DNA of 55,089 nucleotides. Origin: a virus (lineage: Duplodnaviria > Caudoviricetes). The notes under the pieces were generated by a model. It searched no databases, had not been told where the DNA came from, and was given only the letters and a program-made list of their open reading frames with translations. Positions 45,670 to 54,872 of the stretch are shown in pieces. The position numbers and the translations under genes are program-made. The stretch's first letter is position 1, and each line of letters begins with the position of its first letter. Location of the stretch: positions 1 through 55,089 of the IMG/VR virus record IMGVR_UViG_3300009078_000004; one strand, 5' to 3'.

Positions 45670-45855
45670 TCAGTCCCCGAACCGTGCAGCCTCCACCGCG
45701 GCAACCTGCGCCAACACCTGCTCGTCATGCACACGGTTACCCGCCGGCAGCGGACACACCGCACACCCCTCCACACGCCCCTCAAACCGGCGCTGGTAGT
45801 AGTGCGCACGAACCGGAAGCCGCGGCGGCGGCCGGTCGTAGCCCCTGCGTGACAT
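45670..45855 (-). CDS. Small Zn-binding protein
   Basis: H.Y...CAVCPLP..NRVH. Confidence 0.55.
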   Translation of the reverse strand: MSRRGYDRPPPRLPVRAHYYQRRFEGRVEGCAVCPLPAGNRVHDEQVLAQVAAVEAARFGD

Positions 45856-45996
45856 GACGGGATCCCCTCTGGTTGTGTGCGTCCCCTCTACACCTGCTAT
45901 CGTCGTGACATCGTTCGGTTCGGTTGGTCCCGTGCCTTCGTGTGTGTGTGCCGGCCCTCGTCCTGAGCTTGTCTCGGGCGGGGGCCGTGCCAGTTT

Positions 45997-46377
45997 CTAC
46001 ACGCTGGCAGCCGCGACCGCAGCCGCAATAGCCTGCGCGACCTCCGAGCCGCCACCCGGGCACCAGTCCCCGTTGTACCGGTGCGGACGGACCCCGTGTT
46101 CACCCTTGAGCGGCGCGCACGGCACCCCGCACGGCTCGTACGGGCACTGCCGGGTGATCGCACCGACCGGCCACAGGCCGTTCGCCTCCGCCCACGTCTT
46201 GATCAGCTCCGTCGACCAGAGCGGTTGCCGGTGTAGCTGCGACACGTCCGGGGGCGGAAGTTCGTACGTGTGGGCTGCGCCGTTGCCTGCGCGCATCCGC
46301 CAGCCGCGTACCCGCCAGAAGCTGACGCCGAGCAGTCGTGAGATGCCGCGCAGGTTGAGTGGCGGGTCGTGTGTCAT
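45997..46377 (-). CDS. HTH protein with Zn motif
   Basis: GISRLLGVS..V..W.., LPPPD..PLW...I..W; GGAGG RBS. Confidence 0.7.
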   Translation of the reverse strand: MTHDPPLNLRGISRLLGVSFWRVRGWRMRAGNGAAHTYELPPPDVSQLHRQPLWSTELIKTWAEANGLWPVGAITRQCPYEPCGVPCAPLKGEHGVRPHRYNGDWCPGGGSEVAQAIAAAVAAASV

Positions 46378-46464
46378 GGGGGTTGCCTCCGGGGCTATAG
46401 TCTGTATGCGGCAAGGATACACGTTCGATCTTTGCCACCGCTAGCACACACATGAGGAGGACCA

Positions 46465-46617
46465 ATGCCAACCGACCCCGTACACATCTGCCCCCGCTGC
46501 GGCTCCGACCGATGGGTATCCGTATCCCTCGACGGCGGCTGGACACGCCTCGCCCAATGCGTTCCCTGCGGCCAGGTACACGCCAAACTCGGCCCCGGCT
46601 GGAAGAACGGCGGCTGA
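46465..46617 (+). CDS. 50-aa zinc ribbon protein
   Basis: GAGGAGG RBS; CPRCG...CVPCG; not in the supplied ORF track. Confidence 0.65.
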   Translation: MPTDPVHICPRCGSDRWVSVSLDGGWTRLAQCVPCGQVHAKLGPGWKNGG

Positions 46618-46620
46618 GCG

Positions 46621-46989
46621 ATGCGCCTCTACCACTACACGTGCGCCCACGCCGCGCCGCACATCGAACGCCAACGCTGGCTGACCGGCACCCCCCACCC
46701 GTGGATGCCCGACGCCGGGCCGCTAATCCACCTGACCGACCTCGACACCCCCGACCGCAACGCGCTCGGCCTGACCATGAACCTGATCCGATGCGACCGG
46801 ACCGAATACCGCGTCACCGTGTCCACCACGGCTGCCGTGCACTGGCCCGTGTTCGCCCACACCATCCCCCGCGAAGTCCGCCACGCCCTCGAATCGGCAC
46901 CAGGGGCGATGCCCATGCACTGGTACGTCGTCCAGGGGATGCCGGTAGCTGTCTACTCGATCGAACCCGTACGGAAGGCGCTCACATGA
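46621..46989 (+). CDS. Hypothetical protein, possible ART-fold
   Basis: LYHYT....I....L...IHLTD. Confidence 0.65.
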   Translation: MRLYHYTCAHAAPHIERQRWLTGTPHPWMPDAGPLIHLTDLDTPDRNALGLTMNLIRCDRTEYRVTVSTTAAVHWPVFAHTIPREVRHALESAPGAMPMHWYVVQGMPVAVYSIEPVRKALT

Positions 46990-47528
46990 GGTTCTGGTAC
47001 GACGCAGAGTTCCTAGAAGACGGTCTGACGATCGACCTGATCTCGATTGGGATCGTCGCAGAGGACGGCCGTGAGTACTACGCCGTCAACGCCGACGCTC
47101 CGTGGAAGAGGATCAAGAATCATCCGTGGCTGATGGCCAACGTGGTCCCGCACCTGCCGAAGGCATACGGAGACGCCCGCAACATGCAGCCGACGTCATG
47201 GCCGTTCAACCTCGCCGATCCGAGCGTGAGGGCAAAACCCGCCATTGCGAGCGGTGTTCAGCACTTCCTTACCCAGCACGGCGGACAGGTCGAGCTGTGG
47301 GGCTACTACTCGGCATACGACTACGTCGTCCTGGCCCAACTGTGGGGCCCCCTGATCGCACTCCCGAAGGGGATCCCCACGTGGACCAACGACGTGCAGC
47401 AGGTCGCTGCCGCCGCGCTGCTCGACAACCGCCTACCCCAGCAGACCGGCACGGCGCACAACGCCCTCGACGATGCCCGCTGGACACGCGACGCGTGGAC
47501 GTTCCTCCGCGACTCCGGGGCCGTGTGA
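46986..47528 (+). CDS. Rv2179c-like DEDDh 3'-5' exoribonuclease
   Basis: YDAEFLEDG..DLISIGIV.EDGREYYA, SAYD.V, HNALDDAR. Confidence 0.9.
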   Translation: MRFWYDAEFLEDGLTIDLISIGIVAEDGREYYAVNADAPWKRIKNHPWLMANVVPHLPKAYGDARNMQPTSWPFNLADPSVRAKPAIASGVQHFLTQHGGQVELWGYYSAYDYVVLAQLWGPLIALPKGIPTWTNDVQQVAAAALLDNRLPQQTGTAHNALDDARWTRDAWTFLRDSGAV

Positions 47529-47529
47529 C

Positions 47530-47751
47530 GTGATCCAGCACAAGAAAGCCGACCAGATCCGCGAAGACGCCATCACCACACTCAACAACGCCGTACGGTC
47601 CATCGACGTCTCCGCCATCACCACCGCAGCCATGTCACGCCACAAGGCCAACGGCGAATTCGCCGGCGAGATGGACACCCTCCTTCGGCTGGCGATCACC
47701 CGGTTCGACGCACGCCGCCTGATCGCCGAAGCCGAAGCGGAGATGGGCTGA
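47530..47751 (+). CDS. Hypothetical protein
   Basis: Operon packing. Confidence 0.55.
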   Translation: MIQHKKADQIREDAITTLNNAVRSIDVSAITTAAMSRHKANGEFAGEMDTLLRLAITRFDARRLIAEAEAEMG

Positions 47752-48020
47752 TGGCCACCGCAACCCAGTCACGGCTACTCACCCTCGCCCGCTACCACCG
47801 GGGCAGCCGCGGACGATGGCCCGCACAAACCGACGAGCGCTACCACCACGCCGTCACCCCCGCCCACGCCCTCTCCCTGTACGCGCTACGGCCCGGATAC
47901 GGCTACTGCGTAGCGTGGATCTCCAACGGCCTCGACGGCGTCAACTACTACCCCGACGAGGCAGACGCCCGCGCCTACATCATCCGGGCCGTCCGGGACA
48001 TGGAAGAGGGACACGCCTGA
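47751..48020 (+). CDS. Hypothetical protein
   Basis: TGATG overlaps. Confidence 0.65.
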   Translation: MATATQSRLLTLARYHRGSRGRWPAQTDERYHHAVTPAHALSLYALRPGYGYCVAWISNGLDGVNYYPDEADARAYIIRAVRDMEEGHA

Positions 48021-48529
48021 TGTCTACAGACCCGTACACCGACGCCATCAACGCCGGCGCTGCCGCACTCGTCAAGCCGTACCGGGACCCGGACACGGTG
48101 GATGCGTTCGTGGAAACGTTCCCGACGATCGCGTCCGCGCGGGTGATCGAGGCTGCGTTACCGCACCTGCGGGCGTCGATCCTCGCCGAGCAGGCCCGAC
48201 CCGGTCCGTGCCCCGCGAACACAGAGTTCGTAGACCCTGCCGTGACAATCGATGGCGCAACCGTGGGCGCACGTACGCTGCGCGCACTGTGCGACCTCCG
48301 CGCTGGTCACGCTGGACAGCACGAGGCCGAAGACGCCGAGTGGGGACACTTCCGCTGGTCCGATCCCGTACCCGCCGACACCTGCGGGCACCGTGCCGAA
48401 TCCGAGTACTGGACGCACAGCTTGGAGCCCGGCAGCAGCCTTTCGTGTGAGCGCACCCCTACGCATCCTGGCTGGCACATTGCCGGTACACGCGTCTGGG
48501 ACGGTGCTGGCGTGGTCGTGCTGACATGA
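48020..48529 (+). CDS. Hypothetical protein with two C-x-GHxGxH modules
   Basis: CDLRAGHAGQH, CERTPTHPGWH. Confidence 0.7.
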   Translation: MSTDPYTDAINAGAAALVKPYRDPDTVDAFVETFPTIASARVIEAALPHLRASILAEQARPGPCPANTEFVDPAVTIDGATVGARTLRALCDLRAGHAGQHEAEDAEWGHFRWSDPVPADTCGHRAESEYWTHSLEPGSSLSCERTPTHPGWHIAGTRVWDGAGVVVLT

Positions 48530-48963
48530 GCGAAGACATCATCCGCCAGATCGACGAGGCGATGCGTGCGAACCTGTGCGGGTGTGGCTGCGGACAGCAG
48601 ATCCCCGCACGGGGTCCGTCGCCCGACTTCGTCAACGAGAAGCACCAGCAGGCGTGGGCGGAACGCGGTAAGCCCCCGATGGGCAGTACCAGACGCCCCG
48701 CCGACTGGTTCACGGATCTGGAAGCAGCGACCGCACGTGTGGAGTCGGCAGCATGGGACGCAGCCGAACCGCCTACGGTCCGGCGCGGCGGCATCCGCTT
48801 CCCCATGCCGGACGCGTGTACCGACTGCGACGACCTGCACTGCCCCTGCCACAACCCACCACTACGGGCCATCGACCCCGACGAAACCCCGATGGCGCGG
48901 GTCGTCCGCGAAACGTCCTCACTTCGCAAAGCAATCGACAAGATCATGGGAAAGAGTGCATGA
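48526..48963 (+). CDS. Cys-rich hypothetical protein
   Basis: LCGCGCG, CTDC..CPCH; ATGA overlaps. Confidence 0.7.
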   Translation: MSEDIIRQIDEAMRANLCGCGCGQQIPARGPSPDFVNEKHQQAWAERGKPPMGSTRRPADWFTDLEAATARVESAAWDAAEPPTVRRGGIRFPMPDACTDCDDLHCPCHNPPLRAIDPDETPMARVVRETSSLRKAIDKIMGKSA

Positions 48964-50003
48964 AAACCTACGAACCCCGCCGCGACGACCGATGCCCCAA
49001 CCCCGAAAACACCGGCCACTCCCCCTACGGATCCGGGCAGCCCGACGAGTGCACCTGCCCGTGGCTGATCATCCAGTCCACCACCCCCGTACAGCACCTC
49101 ACGAGCTGGAACCGGCGCGAGCTGGACAACGTCATCCGCGAGATGGACAACGGCTACTTCGACCCGCCCGGCTACCCCCGCCGCGAACGCAGCATGTTCC
49201 TCAGCCCCGGCATGCAGCGACTGTTGGACGTCGCGGAGAAGGAGCCCGTAGCCGCGGCGCTGACCCTGCTCGCCGGCGCCGGCGCGGGCACGGGCCTGCC
49301 TCCGTTCGATGCCATCGCATGGGACGCCGAGGACGGCTGCCTGTCACTGCGCGTCGGCAACGCGGGCGGCTGGCGGCGGCTGTGGCTCGGACACGCCAAC
49401 GTCGACACCATCACCGACCAGGACGCCACGACCGCCGGCGGTACCGCGCCAGTGCTGGTGTGGGCAGACCACCCCGACACGTGGGCCGAGATCGGCGGTA
49501 CGGGTGCCCTGTTCGCGCGCCTGCCGGAGGTCAGCCCCGACGTGTACGCCGAAGGCGAAGACACTCTGGCCGAGTGCCAGCGCACCGGAACCTGCTGCGG
49601 CACGTGCAACGCCGACTTCGGTACCTGCTGCACCCACGACGAGGCGGAATCCAGGCGCGTGGTCGCCATGGCGCAGGACGCCGCCGATGTCGCCGCGAAC
49701 TCCGCAACCGCGCGGATCATGGGCGACTACATGCCGCTGATCCTGACCGTCCCCGCGGACGAGATCCCGAACCTGAAGCCCGGCAACCCGATCTACGACG
49801 CCGCCATGACCGCTGTGGAGGCGCTGCCGCGGCGTGTGCCGCGGGTGCCCTCCGACATCGCACAGGCTGCATCCGTAAGTGACCGATGCGGCGATGCTGG
49901 CCGCTGTTTCCAGCCCAGAGGGCACGTCGGCAACCACTACGACAAGACGGCGGAGTGGCCCGGTCAGGCTGCGCCCCGGTACGCGCCGGACGTCATCGAC
50001 TAG
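48960..50003 (+). CDS. Mosaic hypothetical protein (347 aa)
   Basis: ATGA overlap; Cys clusters; CFQPRGHVGNH. Confidence 0.7.
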   Translation: MKTYEPRRDDRCPNPENTGHSPYGSGQPDECTCPWLIIQSTTPVQHLTSWNRRELDNVIREMDNGYFDPPGYPRRERSMFLSPGMQRLLDVAEKEPVAAALTLLAGAGAGTGLPPFDAIAWDAEDGCLSLRVGNAGGWRRLWLGHANVDTITDQDATTAGGTAPVLVWADHPDTWAEIGGTGALFARLPEVSPDVYAEGEDTLAECQRTGTCCGTCNADFGTCCTHDEAESRRVVAMAQDAADVAANSATARIMGDYMPLILTVPADEIPNLKPGNPIYDAAMTAVEALPRRVPRVPSDIAQAASVSDRCGDAGRCFQPRGHVGNHYDKTAEWPGQAAPRYAPDVID

Positions 50004-50030
50004 CGTCCACGTGTGACCCCCGATACTCCT

Positions 50031-50064
50031 GTGTGCCCTCGGCGTGTATGCTGAGGGCACACAC
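50031..50064 (+). promoter_or_regulatory. Early-type promoter inside an inverted repeat
   Basis: gtgtgccctc-ggcgtgTATGCT-gagggcacac. Confidence 0.7.
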
Positions 50065-50091
50065 GTTTTCCCGCGAGGAAAGGACCAACAC

Positions 50092-50283
50092 ATGCCGAAC
50101 GCGTACTTCGGTGTCGCCTTCGACGTCACCACGATCACCGACAACACCGCCTGCAACTACTGCGGACGCACCGGCAGCACCCTCACCGCGCCAGACGGCC
50201 AGTGGTGCACCGACCGATGCCAGCAGTACGACCGGCAGTCGGAAACCCGCATGCTCATCTGCACCCACACCTACCGGGGCTGA
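50092..50283 (+). CDS. Small Zn-binding protein
   Basis: AAGGA RBS; CNYC..CTDRC. Confidence 0.65.
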   Translation: MPNAYFGVAFDVTTITDNTACNYCGRTGSTLTAPDGQWCTDRCQQYDRQSETRMLICTHTYRG

Positions 50284-50285
50284 CC

Positions 50286-50465
50286 ATGCCGACACCCCCA
50301 CCCGACAGCCGCATCGAAGTCAAGAAAGCCCAAAGCGGCATACACAAGGGAAAGTACGTCCTGTCGCGCCGCTGGCCATCCGGCCGCAGCATCATGATCG
50401 GACTCTACGAAGACAAGGAACGGGCGTTGAAAGCCGCCCGGACACTGAACGCGGAAGGTGCCTGA
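50286..50465 (+). CDS. Hypothetical protein
   Basis: Operon packing. Confidence 0.6.
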   Translation: MPTPPPDSRIEVKKAQSGIHKGKYVLSRRWPSGRSIMIGLYEDKERALKAARTLNAEGA

Positions 50466-50662
50466 TGCGCTGGGATGTGACGTCCGAAGACGTCCTCAAC
50501 TCCCGCACCGACGACCCCCGCATCATCCGCATGCGCGTCGAGTGCCCCCGCTGCAAGGCCCCCCGTGGCTCCTACTGCCGCACTGCCACCGGCTACAGCA
50601 CCCTGCACCAGGGCCGCAACGCCGACGCGATCCGCGAACTAGACGAAAGGCTCAATCGATGA
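50465..50662 (+). CDS. Zinc finger protein
   Basis: CPRCKA..G..C...G...H..R. Confidence 0.65.
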   Translation: MRWDVTSEDVLNSRTDDPRIIRMRVECPRCKAPRGSYCRTATGYSTLHQGRNADAIRELDERLNR

Positions 50663-50907
50663 CCCGCTACGTTTTCCACTTCGCACTCATCGGAGGCGGC
50701 ACCGTATCCGCCTCCACCACCAACCGCGAAGACGCGGTCAAGGTCAGGACAGCCAACTGGTCCACCGGAGGAGGCCACTACTACACGCCGTGGATGAACC
50801 CCATGTTCGACAACACCGACAAGGTAATCCCCGGTGGGGGGCAGACGCGCGTAAACCTCGTCCACACCACCGCCGTTACCGCATACCAGATCGAGGACGA
50901 ATCCTGA
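50659..50907 (+). CDS. Hypothetical protein
   Basis: ATGA and TGATG overlaps. Confidence 0.65.
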   Translation: MTRYVFHFALIGGGTVSASTTNREDAVKVRTANWSTGGGHYYTPWMNPMFDNTDKVIPGGGQTRVNLVHTTAVTAYQIEDES

Positions 50908-51359
50908 TGGCTGACCTGACCCCCGGCGAACTGGCGAAGATCGACCAAATCCACGCCGGCATCACCAACAAGCTCGCCGAACTCGTCTCCTCCGCCGTAG
51001 ACGGCATCCGTACCGAAGGCGAAGCACTGACCGCGTCCGCGCTCGCCGGCACCGCACAAGCCACAGACCACAACAGCGTGTCCGCGCTACTCGCAGCGTC
51101 CCTCGTACTCAACGCCCGCTACCAGATGGCAGACGAGAAACGCCACACCGCAAAGCGCGAAGACACCAGCACCCTCACCGAAGCGCTGTCGATCATCGGC
51201 GAGTACATCGACAACGAACAGTGCTGGCTTGACCACCACGGCTACTGCCAGAACCACCGACTCTCCGACACGTCCGAAGGCGTCGGCTGCGTCAACGTCC
51301 GCGCACACCGCATCCTCGGCACCAAGCCGGAGGTGACCGGCAATGGGCATGTGGGATGA
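50907..51359 (+). CDS. Hypothetical protein
   Basis: C.LDHHGYCQ.H motif. Confidence 0.7.
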   Translation: MADLTPGELAKIDQIHAGITNKLAELVSSAVDGIRTEGEALTASALAGTAQATDHNSVSALLAASLVLNARYQMADEKRHTAKREDTSTLTEALSIIGEYIDNEQCWLDHHGYCQNHRLSDTSEGVGCVNVRAHRILGTKPEVTGNGHVG

Positions 51360-51615
51360 GCGCATGTACATGATCGGCTGCGACGACTGCGAAGACGACA
51401 ACGTCGAAGGCGACTTCGGCGACATGCACTTCGACAGCGAAGCCGCGGCCATCGCCGAAGCCCGCCGCCAGGGGTACCACGTCACCGGCGACCCCCGCTA
51501 CCCCGACGTCGTCTGCCCGCTGTGCGTTGCGAAGCGCATCCGCCAGGCCGAAGGCAAACCCGAACCACGCATCGAGATCCCCGGACAGCTCGACATCTTC
51601 GCGGCGGTGCGCTGA
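51343..51615 (+). CDS. Zn-binding hypothetical protein
   Basis: CDDC..CPLC; IPGQLDIF terminus; GGAGG RBS. Confidence 0.7.
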   Translation: MGMWDERMYMIGCDDCEDDNVEGDFGDMHFDSEAAAIAEARRQGYHVTGDPRYPDVVCPLCVAKRIRQAEGKPEPRIEIPGQLDIFAAVR

Positions 51616-51866
51616 TGCCCACGTTCATCCGGCCCCTGCGCCGTATCCGTATCCACCGGCAGCGCGGCTTCAACCAGTGGACCGCCTACTGCCCATGCTG
51701 CTTTGCCGAAGACGGAACCGGCATCTACCTGCGCGCCGACGACTTCCCCGACGCAATCGACTGGGCAGACGACCACATCATGCAGAAACACCCCCGCCAA
51801 CCCTGCTGCACCGACGCGAGCTGCCCAGCCTGCAACCCGTGGCCCGACACCTACGGTGCCTACTGA
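51615..51866 (+). CDS. Cys-rich hypothetical protein
   Basis: TGATG overlaps. Confidence 0.65.
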   Translation: MPTFIRPLRRIRIHRQRGFNQWTAYCPCCFAEDGTGIYLRADDFPDAIDWADDHIMQKHPRQPCCTDASCPACNPWPDTYGAY

Positions 51867-52210
51867 TGCCCCCGCCCTACCGCCGACGCCCCCGCGGCTT
51901 CCTCCACAACGCCCAACTCGCCCCCGTACGCGTCAGACGGCAGGAGAACAGCGTGGACCTCAAACCCACCCCACACCGCATGTACGTCCTAGCCGAAGCC
52001 ACAGCAACCCCGCCACGCGTCCGCTGGTACCCCCAAAACCGCATCGGCTGGCGAGTCGACGGGGCACTCTGCAACGACGCCGTACGCACCATGGTCGCTG
52101 CCGGCTGGCTAACCGAAGCCGGCAACGCCGAACGCCGAACCCTCCACATCACCGCCACCGGACAAGCCATCCTCGACCAGCACAGGAACACCGATGCGCC
52201 TACGCCATGA
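51866..52210 (+). CDS. Winged-helix-like hypothetical protein
   Basis: MVAAGWL...ITATG..IL wing motif. Confidence 0.6.
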   Translation: MPPPYRRRPRGFLHNAQLAPVRVRRQENSVDLKPTPHRMYVLAEATATPPRVRWYPQNRIGWRVDGALCNDAVRTMVAAGWLTEAGNAERRTLHITATGQAILDQHRNTDAPTP

Positions 52211-52385
52211 CCTCAACCCCGCCGACGTCTACACCGAACTCGGCCCCATCACCGACCGCGAAGCCCGCTGGCTCGCCACCCTCTGCTCATCCGACCGCGA
52301 CCGCTGGTTCGGATGCATCTACGGCTACACCACCAGCCGCTACGCCCGCGACCAATACCGCCGCATGACAGGCACCCACCCGTGA
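52194..52385 (+). CDS. Hypothetical protein
   Basis: AGGA RBS; GTGA overlap downstream. Confidence 0.55.
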   Translation: MRLRHDLNPADVYTELGPITDREARWLATLCSSDRDRWFGCIYGYTTSRYARDQYRRMTGTHP

Positions 52386-52894
52386 CCCTCTACCACCCCG
52401 ACACAGACCGCGAAATCACCCGTCTCCACGCCGAAGGCCACACCCCAGAACACATCGCCGACGAACTCGCCATCCCCCTCACCCACGTCCACCGCATCGC
52501 ACCCAACCCCGACACCCGCCAACACATCCTCGACATGTGGAACGGAGGAATCGGCAAACGCGAAATCTCCGCAAAACTCCTCCTACCCCTCCCCACCATC
52601 CAAAACGTCATAGCCGCACAACACACAGACACCCGACGCCCCCCACGCACCACCAACACCTCACCCGGCACAGCACCACTCGGAAAAATCGAACGCACCC
52701 TCGCCGAAGCCGAAGCCTCCCCACGCCAACGCACCCGAGCCCTCGCCGAACGAGCACGTACCCTCATCACCCAAATCCGGGACGTCATCGAAGCCGAAGA
52801 ACAAGAACGCCAAATGCGGGTACGCGTCGAACAAGCCGAACGCTACCTAGCCGAAACACGCGCCAAGCTACGCGAACAGCAGAAACGCCGCTAG
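52382..52894 (+). CDS. Tandem-HTH DNA-binding protein with coiled coil
   Basis: EGHTPEHIADELAI..VH and GGIGKREISAKL..TIQ. Confidence 0.7.
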   Translation: MTLYHPDTDREITRLHAEGHTPEHIADELAIPLTHVHRIAPNPDTRQHILDMWNGGIGKREISAKLLLPLPTIQNVIAAQHTDTRRPPRTTNTSPGTAPLGKIERTLAEAEASPRQRTRALAERARTLITQIRDVIEAEEQERQMRVRVEQAERYLAETRAKLREQQKRR

Positions 52895-52903
52895 ACTGTA
52901 CCC

Positions 52904-53917
52904 ATGACGCACACACACGGAGTAGAGATGACCCCCGATATCGACCTGGAAAAGGTTCGCGACTGGCTGGAGCGCGGTACGCGCTGGCTGTCGGACAAGA
53001 GCAGCCCGGACACGGCCCACCTGGACCAGCGCGCCGCGTACCTCCTTGCGGTGAATGGCGTGCCCGCGCTGCTGTCCGCCCTAACCGCCACCCGCGCCGA
53101 GCTGGACGAACGGCAGGCCGACCTGGACCGCGCTCGCAATGAGCGGAAGTGGGCCGAGGAGGACCGCGACAGCGCGAAGCGGTACGTGGACAAGCTCTGC
53201 GCCCGCCGGGACGACGTGCTGAGCCAGCGTGACGCCGCCCGCGCCGAGGCCGACACGCTGCGCGCCGAGCTGGAGACGGCACGTGCGGTCGCGCTGTCCA
53301 ACAAGCGGGCGCACACCACGGCGTTCGCCGAGTGCGAGCGCCTGAGCGCCGAGTTGGTGGGCGTGCGGTCCAAGCTGGCGAAGGTGCGCGCGGAGAACAT
53401 CACGCTGCGCGCCAAGCTGGCCGAGGTCCGCCGCCTGTGCGACAACACGATCTGGATCCTCAACGCCAACGACGTGCGCGCCGTGCTCGCCGCCGCGCCG
53501 CAGCCCGACGAGACGTACGACCCGATCGCCGTCCTCGACGAGGCCATCGCGGCCAGCGGTGTACGCATCACCTTCGACCCGCGCCGCAACACCGCGCCGC
53601 ACACCCACCGAGGGCCGAAGGCCACCGACCACGACCGCGAGCACCCGGCGCATGACGGCCAGACGTGCGAGGAGTACGAGGCCGCTGGGGCGGGCGACGG
53701 CGAGCAGGACACGACCACCCGGTGCGTCTACGCGTTCAGCCCGAACGGTGACGACCAGCTTCTGCTGTGGTGCGAGACCTGCTCACTGCCCGGCATGCCC
53801 TCCATCGTCGCCGTCTTCGACGCCGGGGACACCTGGCACCCGATGGAGTACATCGCCCAGCACGAGAAGCCCACCGCCAGCGGGCAGGGCACGGCCGGCG
53901 AGGAGGGCACGGCATAA
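52904..53917 (+). CDS. Coiled-coil protein (ead-like), probably leaderless
   Basis: TAGACT-6nt-ATG; MTHTH start; VPALL..L..R coiled coil. Confidence 0.7.
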   Translation: MTHTHGVEMTPDIDLEKVRDWLERGTRWLSDKSSPDTAHLDQRAAYLLAVNGVPALLSALTATRAELDERQADLDRARNERKWAEEDRDSAKRYVDKLCARRDDVLSQRDAARAEADTLRAELETARAVALSNKRAHTTAFAECERLSAELVGVRSKLAKVRAENITLRAKLAEVRRLCDNTIWILNANDVRAVLAAAPQPDETYDPIAVLDEAIAASGVRITFDPRRNTAPHTHRGPKATDHDREHPAHDGQTCEEYEAAGAGDGEQDTTTRCVYAFSPNGDDQLLLWCETCSLPGMPSIVAVFDAGDTWHPMEYIAQHEKPTASGQGTAGEEGTA

Positions 53918-53922
53918 GCACG

Positions 53923-53943
53923 GTGTATGCTCCCCTCACACAT
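53923..53943 (+). promoter_or_regulatory. Early-type promoter GTG-TATGCT-N-CACAC
   Basis: gtgtatgctcccctcacacat. Confidence 0.65.
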
Positions 53944-53965
53944 ACCTTCCGGAAGGTGATCATCA

Positions 53966-54286
53966 ATGCCGCACATGACCCGCGACAGCGCCTGGCGACA
54001 ATGGAAAGGCGCAACCCGCGACCTCACCAGGGCTGAGCAGCGCAAACGCGAAGCCCGAGACACGTACCTGATCGTCCTGCTGCAAGAGTTCGAGCAGCGC
54101 CGCGCGGACGCCGACGTCGCCGGCGAGGACGTCAACTCCGACGATGCGATGGCGACGCTCGGCCTGCCGTGTGTGGACTGCCTTGAGCCGTACGGGCTGC
54201 TGTCGGGGCATGAGGTGGTTCGGCAGGTGGAGGGGACGTTCAGGCTGTTCGCGAAGTGCGGACGGGGAGCGAAGGAGCCGCAGTGA
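53966..54286 (+). CDS. Hypothetical protein
   Basis: GAAGG RBS; CVDC; GTGA overlap. Confidence 0.65.
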   Translation: MPHMTRDSAWRQWKGATRDLTRAEQRKREARDTYLIVLLQEFEQRRADADVAGEDVNSDDAMATLGLPCVDCLEPYGLLSGHEVVRQVEGTFRLFAKCGRGAKEPQ

Positions 54287-54771
54287 GCGTGTTCAGTGTG
54301 CCGCTGCCGCCCGATGACCTGGCGATGGTGTGGGACAAAGACGGCGACCGGTGGTCGCGTGTCACTGCTGGCAACGGCACCTCCGGCGGCATGTGGCGCG
54401 AGGCCGAGCAGGTAGGCGTACCGGGTACACGGACCTGGTATGACCTCGTAGCCCAGTTCGGGCCACTGTCTACGGAGCGGCAGCGGTGCGCGGCCTGGAT
54501 CGAGCTGGAATCTCCGTGTAGCGATGTGGAGTGGGACATGTTGCGGTGTGTCCACGTTCCGGGGCATTCGGGGTTGCATCATCCGGATCTGGACGCGCTG
54601 AAGTGGGACGAGCGCGAGCATGTGGATCCGGCTACGCCGTGTCTTCAGTGCGGGAAGCACGCGGAGATCTCGCACTGGTCCAAGTTCTGCAAGGTGGATG
54701 GCACGTCACGCGACGTGTCGCACTGGTGCTGCCCTGGGGCGTGCCAGTTGGGTGATTGGTGCCCGCGTTAG
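54283..54771 (+). CDS. Cys/His-rich hypothetical protein
   Basis: VWD.DGDRW..W..L..FGPL; CVHVPGHSGLH. Confidence 0.7.
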   Translation: MSVFSVPLPPDDLAMVWDKDGDRWSRVTAGNGTSGGMWREAEQVGVPGTRTWYDLVAQFGPLSTERQRCAAWIELESPCSDVEWDMLRCVHVPGHSGLHHPDLDALKWDEREHVDPATPCLQCGKHAEISHWSKFCKVDGTSRDVSHWCCPGACQLGDWCPR

Positions 54772-54872
54772 TTGACCTACCGGTATGGTATGCGATGTTT
54801 TTGCAGGCCAGTATGGGGGTTGGTGGACAAACCGGTACAGTGCCGCGCCACACTTCCCCCGTGGCGCGGCAC

